Of a stretch of DNA of 64,000 bases, positions 1-9,712 are shown in pieces (position 1 is the stretch's first letter; each line of letters starts with the position of its first letter). Below the pieces are notes generated by a model. That model was not told the origin of the DNA and ran no database searches. It worked only from the letters and a program-made list of their open reading frames with translations. The translations under genes and the position numbers were made by a program. The stretch is from Vulcanimicrobiota bacterium (GTDB lineage: Bacteria > Vulcanimicrobiota > Vulcanimicrobiia > Vulcanimicrobiales > Vulcanimicrobiaceae). The stretch spans positions 1-64,000 of the forward strand of contig CAVZQC010000003.1 in the NCBI GenBank assembly GCA_963777315.1, read 5' to 3'.

Positions 1-88
1 TGACGCGACTCGATTTCGCGGATGATCGCGTGCTGAACGTCTGGACCACGCGCCGCTTCACTCCGTACCGATCCGAACGTGAGTCTCA

Positions 89-550
89 CTATTTCGCCAT
101 GAGGGAGGCGCGAGCGAAATTACCGCGGCGGGTATACGTCTCGAACTCGATCGTCGCTGACTTGAGATAGAGACGTTCGATCATCGCGCCAACTCGTGCA
201 TCGTAACGCGACTGGCTCCATGCGTGATGATCTGCCCATTCGGTGAGAACGACCATGGTTTTCTTGTCTACGCTGACAAGGATTTGCGCTGCTACGAATC
301 CTTGCAGAGCTTGCGCCTCCGCAGCTAAGACCTCAAGGCTTTCGGCTAGCAATCCCGGCGCATCCGTCGCTTCGATCCGAATCTTAATAACGCCAATGAC
401 GGGTCCTGCGCCGCCTTTATCATTCGGGGCAGCCCCATCAAGGCGTTCCATGCTGTCGGCTTTAATGTCGTTAATATCATCGGGGTCCGTGTCGCCGGGA
501 AAAATTGGATCGTCACGTAATTCATCGGCTCGTGGCTGGGGCGGTTTCAT
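89..550 (-). CDS. Antibiotic biosynthesis monooxygenase (ABM) domain protein with acidic N-terminal extension
   Basis: C-terminal half has the ABM pattern (QGFVAAQILVSVDKKTMVVLTEWADHHAW). ATG 550 follows AAGGA; 568 is an alternative start. Confidence 0.7.
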   Translation of the reverse strand: MKPPQPRADELRDDPIFPGDTDPDDINDIKADSMERLDGAAPNDKGGAGPVIGVIKIRIEATDAPGLLAESLEVLAAEAQALQGFVAAQILVSVDKKTMVVLTEWADHHAWSQSRYDARVGAMIERLYLKSATIEFETYTRRGNFARASLMAK

Positions 551-576
551 CCTGTCGATTCCTTCCATGCCACGCG

Positions 577-621
577 AGCCTAGCATGCAGCGGGCTCGCT
601 AATCTGTGCGGGTTTTAGGCA
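577..621 (-). promoter_or_regulatory. Crp-type box copy A (TGCCTAAAACCCGCACA, 605-621) + 22 bp + -10 TAGGCT
   Basis: Matches the motif repeated 8 times in the window, with one extra C; faces the ABM gene. Confidence 0.65.
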
Positions 622-635
622 AAGAAAAAACACTC

Positions 636-1427
636 TTATTTTGCCTCCACGCAGGGTTCAGCGCTCTGAACAACATGCAGGAAGCCGGTGAATTGATCTC
701 GCGCCACGGCGTAACACTCACAGGTCGTCTCTTCAAGGCCCACACGATCGAGGATTGTAATACATCCATGCGCGTACTGAATATATCCGGCGCGCTGAAG
801 CGCGGCGAGCGCGATGGTCACGCCCGATCGCCGGCTGCCTAGCATCATGGCGAGATATTCGTGCGTTAACAGAATCTCGTCCCTGCCTACGCGATCGTGC
901 GTCAGTAGCAGCCAACGGGCGCAGCGTTCGTACACGCTGTGCAGACGGTTGCAGCCGGTAAGCTGCCCAAGGAAATTGACGTACGCCTGTAAGTAGCGAT
1001 TTAACACCGCGTTGAACTGCTTATCCATCGTCCGCAGATGGTGGAAATGGTTCGTGGGCATCTTTATGGCGCGCCCGGGTACTTGGCAATAACTATCGTT
1101 CGCCGTGGTGGTGCCGTCCATGAGCAACGGGATGCCCGAAGTCCCTTCGCGGCCGATCGTCCCGACCTCAATCTCGCCGCCGTCCTTCATCCGTGTTACC
1201 ACGGAGAGCACGCAGTCGATCGGGAAAAAGACTTCGACTATTGGTTCGCCGGCACGGTAGATCGCAAAACGGGCGGGCATCTCCAGAAGTTCGGCGCCTT
1301 CTAACGCCTGCGTCGTCTCGCTGCTGCTGAGGAGCCGCAAGATGGCGTTCCCCTCCAAATTAGCAAGAGTCAGCCCGTTATGAGGCGGCTTCGAGGCGTG
1401 CGGCGCTTTGCGCTCGTTCCGTGGCAA
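636..1427 (-). CDS. Crp/Fnr family transcriptional regulator
   Basis: cNMP-binding-like domain (EVGTIGREG), HTH LTHEYLAMMLGSRRSGVT, C-terminal CECY; TTG start after GGAG. Confidence 0.92.
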   Translation of the reverse strand: MPRNERKAPHASKPPHNGLTLANLEGNAILRLLSSSETTQALEGAELLEMPARFAIYRAGEPIVEVFFPIDCVLSVVTRMKDGGEIEVGTIGREGTSGIPLLMDGTTTANDSYCQVPGRAIKMPTNHFHHLRTMDKQFNAVLNRYLQAYVNFLGQLTGCNRLHSVYERCARWLLLTHDRVGRDEILLTHEYLAMMLGSRRSGVTIALAALQRAGYIQYAHGCITILDRVGLEETTCECYAVARDQFTGFLHVVQSAEPCVEAK

Positions 1428-1490
1428 GAGGTGTGTGCTCCAGTGAGGCAGTTTTGGTCAATTGCTTTATTCCCCGCCCCCCGCTTTCCT

Positions 1491-1533
1491 TGACTAAAAC
1501 CGTACAGAAAGCGCGGCGTTTTACCGCTAACTT
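1491..1533 (+). promoter_or_regulatory. Crp-type box copy B (TGACTAAAACCGTACA, 1491-1506) + 21 bp + -10 TAACTT
   Basis: Repeated motif lying between the divergent crp and STAS genes. Confidence 0.7.
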
Positions 1534-1569
1534 CAGCTTATGCAGTTACTGATGAAAGAAGATTCCCGT

Positions 1570-1941
1570 ATGCCTGAGACAATCGAAATGATGCACGGGC
1601 ACGCGCGGCGCGTGGCGCGCACCGGTATTTCAGATGTCTGCTTTTCGTTGTTCGGGGAGTTCGATATTTATAACAAACATCATCTCGCAGACGCCCTTGC
1701 TTCGCATATAGCCTTTCGAACGGTCACCCTGGATTTCGCCCAGACGAAGTTTATCGATGCCGGGATCCTGGGAGTCCTTGCCCGCTTCGCCGGCTTGCGA
1801 CGCGACGTCGGCGCGGCTCGATTGCAGCTCATCAACGTCAACAGGCATTTCCGCAGGCTTTTATCCATTTGCAGGCTGGATACGAACTTTCGCATTGAGG
1901 ATGGGTCGCTGGAGGAAAAACAACGTGACGACAACGAGTGA
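1570..1941 (+). CDS. STAS domain protein (anti-sigma factor antagonist-like)
   Basis: GEFDIYN, TLDFAQTKFIDAGILGVL and RRLLSICRLD STAS motifs; start uncertain (1540/1570/1588). Confidence 0.75.
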   Translation: MPETIEMMHGHARRVARTGISDVCFSLFGEFDIYNKHHLADALASHIAFRTVTLDFAQTKFIDAGILGVLARFAGLRRDVGAARLQLINVNRHFRRLLSICRLDTNFRIEDGSLEEKQRDDNE

Positions 1942-3716
1942 TTTTCTGCTCGAACGGCTCGTCGAATGGGGCTTCTATCGCATTTACGGTTATCCGGGCG
2001 ACGGGATCAATGGGATCATGGGGGCTTTCGATCGGATTGGCGACAAACTGCAGTTCATCCAGGTTCGCCATGAAGAGATGGCGGCGTTCATGGCGTGCGC
2101 GCATGCCAAGTTCACGGGCGAAACGGGTATTTGCCTTGCAACGTCAGGCCCCGGCGCGGTCCATTTGCTCAACGGCCTTTACGATGCCAAGATGGATCAC
2201 GTTCCAGTCGTCGCCATTGTCGGCCAAGCCGCGACGTCCGCGTTAGGCGGATCCTATCAGCAAGAGGTCGATCTGCAAGTGCTGCTGCAGGACGTCACCG
2301 AGTACGTGTACACAGTCTCAAATCCGGCAGCGATGCGCCATGTCCTCGACCGCGCGGTACGCACGGCAAAAGGCATGCGCGCCGTTACGTGCGTCATCGT
2401 ACCGAAAGACGTGCAGGAATCCGAAGCGGTTCCCGATCCTCCTCGCGCGCACAACAATATGAGCAGCAGCGTGGGCTACTGCGCCCCGGTCGTCATTCCG
2501 GCGCAGCGAGACTTGCAGCGAGCGGCAGATATTCTCAATGCCGGCAAGCGCGTTGTATTGATGGTCGGGCAAGGCGCCGCCAACGCGACTGATGAGGTGC
2601 TGGCGGTCGCGGATCGTTTGGGAGCCGGCATCGCAAAAGCGCTGCTCGGCAAATACGTCGTCCCCGACGATTTGCCGTACGTGACTGGTACGCTGGGTTT
2701 ACTCGGAACGCGCCCAAGTTACGAGATGATGAACGACTGCGATACGCTCTTGCTCGTGGGAACGTGCTATCCGTACTACGAATTCCTGCCCAAGCCGGGC
2801 GAAGCACGTGGTGTTCAGATCGACATCGATCCGCGTAACGTTGGCTTGCGCTTTCCAACCGAAGTGAATTTGATCGGCGATAGCCGCGATACGCTTGCCG
2901 CGCTCCTACCGCTGCTCAAACCCAAAGCCGACAATGCGTGGCGCGAGAAGATTGAAAAGGGACAAAAGGACTGGCATGCCGACGAAGAAGCGCGCTGCCA
3001 TGTCAAGGGCGATTTGATCAACCCGCAATTGGTTTTCTGGGAACTGAACGAACGCCTGCCGGATAAGGCGATCCTTACCGGAGACGCGGGCACGCCGACC
3101 AACTGGTTTGCGCGCAACATTCAGATGCGCCGCGGCATGAAATCTTCGCTTTCCGGCAGCCTCAGCTACGATGGGGTCCGCCGTTCCGTATGCTATCGCA
3201 GCGAAGTTCGCCTACCCCCATTGTGTCGTTATCGCGTGCGCGGGCGACGGTGCGATGCAGATGAACGGCAACGCGGAGCTGCTGACGATCAAGAAATACT
3301 GGAAGACCTGGTCCGATCCGCGATTGATCATCCTCGTGCTGAACAATTCGGATCTCAACCAGGTGACCTGGGAGATGCGCATCGAATCGGGCAATCCGAA
3401 ATACGAAGCCTCGCAGGACTTGCCGGTCTTCAACTACGCGCAGTACGGCGAGTCGTTAGGTTTGAACGGCATTCGCGTCGAGCGCTCGGAGGACATTGGG
3501 CCGGCCTGGGATCGCGCGCTCGCGTCCGACCGTCCGGTGATCTTCGATGCCGTCGTCGATCCGAACATCGCCCAGCTGCCGCCGCACATCACGCTTGAAC
3601 AGGCACATAACCTCTTCTCCGCGATGCGCAAGGGCGATCCCGACGAGGGCGGGGTCATTAAGGAAAGCATCAAGAGCGTGCTCGCCGGCATCTTGCCGCA
3701 TCACGCAGAGCGTTAA
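1925..3716 (+). CDS. Thiamine pyrophosphate-requiring enzyme (pyruvate oxidase/PoxB-like), frameshifted at about 3164
   Basis: GYPGDGIN, RHEEMAAFMA, SGPGAVHLLNGLYDA; GDGAMQMN TPP motif in the second frame. Removing A3164 restores SGSLATMGSAVPY. Confidence 0.88.
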
Positions 3717-3735
3717 AACGTGGCGTTGACCGGCC

Positions 3736-4281
3736 GAAGGACAGACGGGCATCGGGTGCACTTACGCTGATATCGCTACCGCGAAACTCGTCGAGATGTT
3801 GCGCAACCGCCTGCTGGGACAGCGACGCGATGCAGATTTGCGCGCGCTGGAACGACATGGGCAACGTCACGCGTAATCTTGGACGCGACGGCATCACGTC
3901 CATGGCGATCTCGGCAGTCGATGTAGCGCTGTGGGATCTCAGAGGCAAGATTCTGGGTCAACCGGTCTGCTCGGTGCGGCGGGGAAGCGCGTGCCAATCT
4001 ACGGCAGCGGCGGCTTTAGCGGCTTACTCGCAGTTGACGAGTTGTGCCAGACCAAGATGATGCCGCTTTCGACGCATTGCGCACCGCATCTCCATCTACA
4101 CGCCGCGCTCGCGTGCAAACAGATTCGTCACATGAAATATTTTTTCGATCATGTGCGCATTGAGAACATGCTTTTCGATGGCGCAGCGGCGCCCGTAGAC
4201 GGCATTCTGGCGGCCGATCTGAGCCGTCCCGGCATCGGCCTGGAACTCAAGCACGCCGACGCGCAGCAGTATATGGTTTAG
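3736..4281 (+). pseudogene. Mandelate racemase/enolase superfamily remnant
   Basis: Fragments GIGCTYADIATA, AISAVDVALWDLRGK, VPIYGSGGF and LSRPGIGLELK lie in different frames; the central TIM barrel is deleted. Confidence 0.75.
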
Positions 4282-4290
4282 GATGAACGC

Positions 4291-7200
4291 ATGATAAAGA
4301 TTCTGACGTCTGTCGAATCGCGTGGAGATCGCAACGGAAACGACCCTGCGCCCACGCAACGCCCCGACGCGGTAAACGAAACCAACGTCGACCTCACGGG
4401 CCTCGAACGCGCCCTGCGCGCAAGCGTTCGCGGCGAAGTGCGCTTTGACGACGGCAGCCGCGCCTTGTACGCGACCGATGCCTCCAACTACCGTCAGGTA
4501 CCCGTCGCCGTCGTGATCCCGCATGATGCCGACGACGTTGAAGCGGCCGTGGCGGCGTGCCGGACGCACGGCGCTCCAGTCTTTGCTCGCGGCGGAGGCA
4601 CGGATTTAGCGGGCAGCACGTGCAATGCTGCCGTGGTGTTGGACTTCTCCAAATACATGAATCGCGTCGTGGAGATCGATTGGGAGGCGAAAACCGCACG
4701 CGTCCAGCCCGGCTGCGTTCTGGACGATCTGCGTGACGCGGCCGAAAAGCGCACGCTAACCTTTGGGCCCGATCCGGCAACGCACAACCGCAACACGCTC
4801 GGCGGGATGATCGGCAACAACTCGTGCGGGATGCACGCCCAGATGGCCGGCAAAGTTGAAGAGAATACGGAAGAGCTCGAGATTCTTACCTACGACGGCT
4901 TGCGCATGCGAGTCGGGCCGACGAGCGATGAAGAGCTTGAAACGATCATCAGCCAGGGCGGCCGGCGCGGCGAGATCTACGCTACGCTGCGCGATCTCCG
5001 GGATCGCTACGGAGATCAAATCCGGGCGCGGTTCCCAAACATCCCGCGGTTGGTTTCCGGCTATCCGTTGCAGCAGCTGTTGCCCGAAAACCACTTCAAC
5101 GTTGCGCGCGCCCTCATCGGCACGGAAAACACCTGTGTGACCGTGCTCGAAGCGACGCTGCGACTCGTTCACAGTCCGCCATGCCGCACGATGGTCCTCT
5201 TTGGATTCTCGGATATCGCGACCGCTGCCGACCACGTGCCCTTTTGCAACGGCCATGGGCCCATCGCGCTCGAAGGTCTTGATACAAGCATGTTCATGTA
5301 CATGCATGACAAAGGCATGTCGACCAAAGGCCGCGACATGTTTCCCGACGGCAACGCGTGGCTCATCGTTGAATTCGGCGCAGATACCGCGCAAGGAGCG
5401 GACGACAAGGCAGCCGGGCTGATGGAGGCATTCAAGGCGCGCGACATCGTGCCGAGCATGAAGCGCTTCGACGACGAACGTGAAGAGAAGCTGCTCTGGG
5501 AGATCCGCGAGTCGGGCCTCGGCTCGACCTCGAAGATTCCGAACCTTCCTGATTTTTATCCCGGTTGGGAAGACTCGGCGGTCGGTCCCGACAAGCTCGG
5601 CCCGTACATCCGCGACTTCCAGAAACTCATGTCGGATTACGGATACCATGCCTCGCTCTACGGGCATTTCGGCCAAGGTTGCCTGCATTGCAGCATCGAC
5701 TTCGATCTGTATACGGCTGAGGGAATTGCGAAGTACCGCAAGTTCGTCACCGAGGCGGCCCACATTTGCGTGAAGTACGGCGGCTCTTTATCGGGCGAGC
5801 ATGGCGACGGTCAAGCCCGCGGCGAGCTGCTGCCGATCATGTTCGGCGACGACCTGGTCAAAGCGTTCGGAGAGTTCAAAGCGATCTGGGATCCCCAAAA
5901 TAAAATGAACCCCGGCAAAGTCGTGCACCCGTATAAACTCGATGAGAATCTGCGCTGGGGGACGCATTATGCGCCGTGGGAACCGCAAACGCACTTCGGC
6001 TTCGTCGAGGACAACGGCAGCTTTGCCTATGCCGCCAACCGCTGCGTGGGCACCGGTAAATGCCGCAAGCATGATTCGGGCGTGATGTGTCCCAGCTACA
6101 TGGCAACGCGCGAAGAGATGCATTCGACGCGCGGTCGTGCGCGATTGCTGTTCGAGATGTTGGAGGGCAATCCGCTCAAGAACGGGTGGAGAGACGAAGC
6201 CGTCAAAGAGGCGCTGGATTTGTGTCTGGCCTGCAAAGGCTGCAAGGGCGAATGCCCGGTCCAGGTCGACATCGCGACCTACAAGGCGGAATTTCTTTCG
6301 CATTACTACGAGGGCCGTCGCCGGCCGATCGCGGCGTACGCGTTCGGATTGATGTACTGGTGGGCGAAAGCTGCGGCCCTCGCTCCGTCCCTGGTCAACT
6401 TCTTCACCCAGACGCCCGGCCTACGTGATCTCGCGAAGGCGGCTGCGACGATCGCGCCGCGGCGGCGCATTCCAATGTTCGCACCCCAGACGTTCAGGGC
6501 GTGGTTCGCCGCGCGGCCACCGCTCAACGTTGGAAAGCCGGACGTCATCTTGTGGCCTGATACGTGGAACAACAACTTTCACCCCACGACGGCGCAAGCC
6601 GCCGTGGAAGTACTCGAGGACGCCGGGTTCCACGTGAGCATTCCGAAGGTTGCGCTCTGTTGTGGCCGGCCGCTCTACGATTACGGGATGCTCGACTTGG
6701 CCAAAACAATGTTGCACGAGATCATCGCTGCGCTCAAGCCACAGATCGAAGCGGGCACGTGCATCGTCGGTCTCGAGCCCAGTTGCGTTTCCGTGTTCCG
6801 CGACGAGATGACCAACCTCTTGCACGGCAACGAAGACGCTAACCGTTTCAAGAAACAGACCTTTTTGCTCAGCGAGTTCCTTGAGAAGCACGCTCCGCAC
6901 TATCAACCACCCAAGCTCAAGCGCAAGGTTGTCGCTCAGGCGCACTGTCATCAGCGCTCGGTCCTCGATGTGTCCGCTGAAGAGCATTTACTCAAGAAGC
7001 TCGGCGTGAACTATTCATTTCCCGACTCGGGTTGCTGCGGAATGTGCGGCGCTTTCGGCTTTGAGAGCGGAGAACACTATAAGGTTTCGATGGCGGCCGG
7101 CGAGCGCAGCTTGCTGCCCGCTGTGCGCGCCGCCTCCACCGATACGGTGATCGTCGCGACCGGGTTTAGTTGCCGCGAGCAGATTTCGCAGACGACGAAT

Positions 7201-7407
7201 CGGCAGGCATTGCACCCAGCCCAGCTGGTGAAGATGGCCCTGGATGACCGCAATACCGAGCGCGACGATACGTTTCCCGAACTGCGCTACATGCCCGATC
7301 CCGCCGTCGGACGGCGCAAACTCATGCAGCGCGCGGGAGTGGCCATCGCAATAGTAGCGGGACTTGCCGCTGCGGCAAGCGTCATTGCCCTTCGCAAACG
7401 GAAATAG
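4291..7407 (+). CDS. FAD-binding and (Fe-S)-binding oxidoreductase (GlcD/YdiJ-like)
   Basis: RGGGT FAD loop, SGEHGDG, CVGTGKC and CLACKGCKGECP ferredoxin motifs, two CCG domains, hydrophobic C-tail. Confidence 0.92.
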   Translation: MIKILTSVESRGDRNGNDPAPTQRPDAVNETNVDLTGLERALRASVRGEVRFDDGSRALYATDASNYRQVPVAVVIPHDADDVEAAVAACRTHGAPVFARGGGTDLAGSTCNAAVVLDFSKYMNRVVEIDWEAKTARVQPGCVLDDLRDAAEKRTLTFGPDPATHNRNTLGGMIGNNSCGMHAQMAGKVEENTEELEILTYDGLRMRVGPTSDEELETIISQGGRRGEIYATLRDLRDRYGDQIRARFPNIPRLVSGYPLQQLLPENHFNVARALIGTENTCVTVLEATLRLVHSPPCRTMVLFGFSDIATAADHVPFCNGHGPIALEGLDTSMFMYMHDKGMSTKGRDMFPDGNAWLIVEFGADTAQGADDKAAGLMEAFKARDIVPSMKRFDDEREEKLLWEIRESGLGSTSKIPNLPDFYPGWEDSAVGPDKLGPYIRDFQKLMSDYGYHASLYGHFGQGCLHCSIDFDLYTAEGIAKYRKFVTEAAHICVKYGGSLSGEHGDGQARGELLPIMFGDDLVKAFGEFKAIWDPQNKMNPGKVVHPYKLDENLRWGTHYAPWEPQTHFGFVEDNGSFAYAANRCVGTGKCRKHDSGVMCPSYMATREEMHSTRGRARLLFEMLEGNPLKNGWRDEAVKEALDLCLACKGCKGECPVQVDIATYKAEFLSHYYEGRRRPIAAYAFGLMYWWAKAAALAPSLVNFFTQTPGLRDLAKAAATIAPRRRIPMFAPQTFRAWFAARPPLNVGKPDVILWPDTWNNNFHPTTAQAAVEVLEDAGFHVSIPKVALCCGRPLYDYGMLDLAKTMLHEIIAALKPQIEAGTCIVGLEPSCVSVFRDEMTNLLHGNEDANRFKKQTFLLSEFLEKHAPHYQPPKLKRKVVAQAHCHQRSVLDVSAEEHLLKKLGVNYSFPDSGCCGMCGAFGFESGEHYKVSMAAGERSLLPAVRAASTDTVIVATGFSCREQISQTTNRQALHPAQLVKMALDDRNTERDDTFPELRYMPDPAVGRRKLMQRAGVAIAIVAGLAAAASVIALRKRK

Positions 7408-7409
7408 CG

Positions 7410-7616
7410 TTGCAGCCGATTCTCATTGCCGGCGGCGGCTTCGCCGGTACGTCCGCTGCGCGCGCATTTGAAAAACTAACTCGGCGCGCGCACGTAGATG
7501 TGCTGCTGGTCGATCGGGATGAGGGGCTTACCAGCGCGAAGGATATGCGCCGGGTCCTTCCTATTGAACTCGATGACAGCGGCTTTTGCGTTCTTGAATT
7601 GCGACAGGAGAACTAA
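7410..7616 (+). pseudogene. Remnant of NAD(P)/FAD-dependent oxidoreductase (NDH-2-like)
   Basis: ILIAGGGFAG...VLLVDR Rossmann start only; 68 aa. Confidence 0.6.
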
Positions 7617-8491
7617 TGGCGAATTCTTATCGCTTTGGCGTTAGCGAATTTACAACGTGGCCGTGGTCCTTCGAGCGAGACCTCGAGCGTTATCCGGCGC
7701 ACGGCATCGATGTCATTGAAATTTGCGAGTTCAAATTGAACGGCGATGACTATGCGCCGCAGTTGCGCCTCCTCAAGGACAAGGCGATGACGGTAAGCTC
7801 GGTGCAGTCGACCGTGCATTCACTCTTTCCGGATAGTTTGGCGCCGCAACCCACCGCACCCGAAGACCGCGTTCGTCATATCAAAGATGCGGTGGCCCGC
7901 ATCTCTCCGCACGTTCCGGGGCAGACGCCCTTCGTTATCATCACTGGGGCCGCGCCCGGCGGAAATACGCAAATGGTGTATGACGAGTGCCTGAAGCGCT
8001 TTCCGGATCTTGCGGATTTTGCAGCGGAGCGTGGCATGCGCCTCGCATATGAGCCGTTAAACCCGGTCTTGTTCAACACCGATACGGCACTGTGGGGCTT
8101 GGATCAAGCGCTCGAGTTGATTCAGCGCATCGGTCACGAGGCGCTGGGCATGTGTCTGGATACGTGGAACGTCTTCCAGACGCCGAACCTGCACGATGTT
8201 ATTGCGCGCTGCAAAGATCGCATTTTCCTCGTTCAAGTCAGCGATTGGCACCGGCCGCGATCCGGCGCGGACCGCATCAACCTCGGGCAGGGCGAGATTG
8301 ACAACGCCGCGATCCTGCGCTCCGTTCACGAGACCGGCTATGGCGGGCCGTACGTACTCGAAATTTTCTCAGGCGAGTCGCTGCCCGACTCGATCTGGCG
8401 TGCGGATCTCGATGCGGTACTTCAGCAAAACGTCGCTGCATTCGCACGCATCTGGGAAGACAGCGAGGCGGAGGTTCATGGTCCCCACTAA
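7616..8491 (+). CDS. Sugar phosphate isomerase/epimerase (xylose isomerase-like TIM barrel)
   Basis: LAYEPLNP, CLDTWN, VQVSDW, DRINLGQG and YVLEIFS metal-site motifs. Confidence 0.85.
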   Translation: MANSYRFGVSEFTTWPWSFERDLERYPAHGIDVIEICEFKLNGDDYAPQLRLLKDKAMTVSSVQSTVHSLFPDSLAPQPTAPEDRVRHIKDAVARISPHVPGQTPFVIITGAAPGGNTQMVYDECLKRFPDLADFAAERGMRLAYEPLNPVLFNTDTALWGLDQALELIQRIGHEALGMCLDTWNVFQTPNLHDVIARCKDRIFLVQVSDWHRPRSGADRINLGQGEIDNAAILRSVHETGYGGPYVLEIFSGESLPDSIWRADLDAVLQQNVAAFARIWEDSEAEVHGPH

Positions 8492-9149
8492 GATCTACGA
8501 CCTTAGCCAGCCGGTCTTCACGAACTGTCCGCAGTACCCGGATAGCAACCCGCGTCCCGTGCAGGTGCAGCTGTTCTACATGCTCGCCGTGCAAGGTGTC
8601 AACAAAGAAATTGTGGAGATGAGCACGCATACTGGAACGCACTGCGATGCGCCGTTTCATTTTTTCGACGACGGTAAGACGATCGACGAGGTCCCGCTCG
8701 ACACATACGTCGGGCCCGCCACGGTTCTCGATCTGCGGGATAAGCAACCCGGATCGTCGATCCAGCACGCCGATATCACACGATTCGCGGATCGCATCGC
8801 ACCGGGCGATATCGTGCTCCTCAACACCGGTGGAGGCCACCGGCGCGCCAACAGCAAACAGTTTTTGACGGAATACGTTTATCTGGGCGGCGAGGCTGCA
8901 CAGCTCTTGGTCGATCTCCGCGTAAAGGGGGTTGGCATCGATGCGGTGAGCCTCGGCGGCTATGATGATCCCGAGAAGGCCGGACCTCCGCATAGAACAT
9001 TGCTCGGCAACGCCAAATTCATCGTCGAGGAGCTGTATTTCCCCGACGAGGTGATGGACGGCCGCAAGCGCCTATTCTGCGCGGCCCCGATCAAACTGCG
9101 CGGGTGCGGTGGCGCCTGGACGCGGGCAATGCTCTGGGAGTTCGATTAG
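8478..9149 (+). CDS. Cyclase family protein (kynurenine formamidase-like)
   Basis: HTGTHCDAPFH motif and GVGIDAVS; ATG 8478 overlaps the upstream gene. Confidence 0.88.
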   Translation: MVPTKIYDLSQPVFTNCPQYPDSNPRPVQVQLFYMLAVQGVNKEIVEMSTHTGTHCDAPFHFFDDGKTIDEVPLDTYVGPATVLDLRDKQPGSSIQHADITRFADRIAPGDIVLLNTGGGHRRANSKQFLTEYVYLGGEAAQLLVDLRVKGVGIDAVSLGGYDDPEKAGPPHRTLLGNAKFIVEELYFPDEVMDGRKRLFCAAPIKLRGCGGAWTRAMLWEFD

Positions 9150-9712
9150 TGCCTCACCTTTCGGACGCCAGTATACGCGAGCTGACCTGGAACGGTGCGT
9201 TGGACGGCAAGATCAAATTGCTGGAATCACACCCGTGGAGCTGCTCGAGGGTCGCAGCCGCGGTCTCACAATCGTCAATGCGGCCACGGGACGGCGAAGC
9301 GCAAAAGGGGCTCGCGGCTTGGAATCGCGGTGGGCAGCCGGCAGCGGACTTCGCCGAGCAGGTCTTTCTTCACGATCCCGCTGCGTGCACCGACGGCCGG
9401 TCAGCTGCCGTATTGCACGACGCGGAGCTGCGCGGTGGTCGTGGACTTGCACTCGCGATTCGATTCGATCCAACGCAGTTACCGGCGCTCTTCACCTGGA
9501 GAATGCTCGGCTATGGAACGTATGTCATGGGTATTGAACCGGCGAATTGCCCGACGATCGAAGGCCGGGTGAAAGCGGAAGAACTCGGAACGCTTCCGTT
9601 CTTGGAACCCGGGGAAAGCCGCCGGTACGATCTTGAGTTTCGGATTCTGAGCGAAGCCGACGCGATCGCGGCATCCCTACAACGGATCCCCAGACGGGCT
9701 GGGGACACGTGA
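9149..9712 (+). pseudogene. DUF4432/aldose 1-epimerase-like protein, frameshifted and internally deleted
   Basis: N-terminus (FGRQYTRADLERCVG...NAATG) is joined directly to the C-terminus (LFTWRMLGYGTYVMGIEPAN, LEPGESRRYDL). Confidence 0.7.

Noticed and set aside
1757..1924. N-terminal extensions given by the ORF track (e.g. 1757, 8196, 17173, 28710, 39280, 54229, 58761)
   Set aside because: They overlap upstream genes; downstream starts fit RBS position, translational coupling and family N-termini better.
3150..3180. Programmed ribosomal frameshift in the TPP enzyme or sdhB
   Set aside because: No slippery heptamer at either site, and the shifts cut essential domains; a simple indel is more likely.
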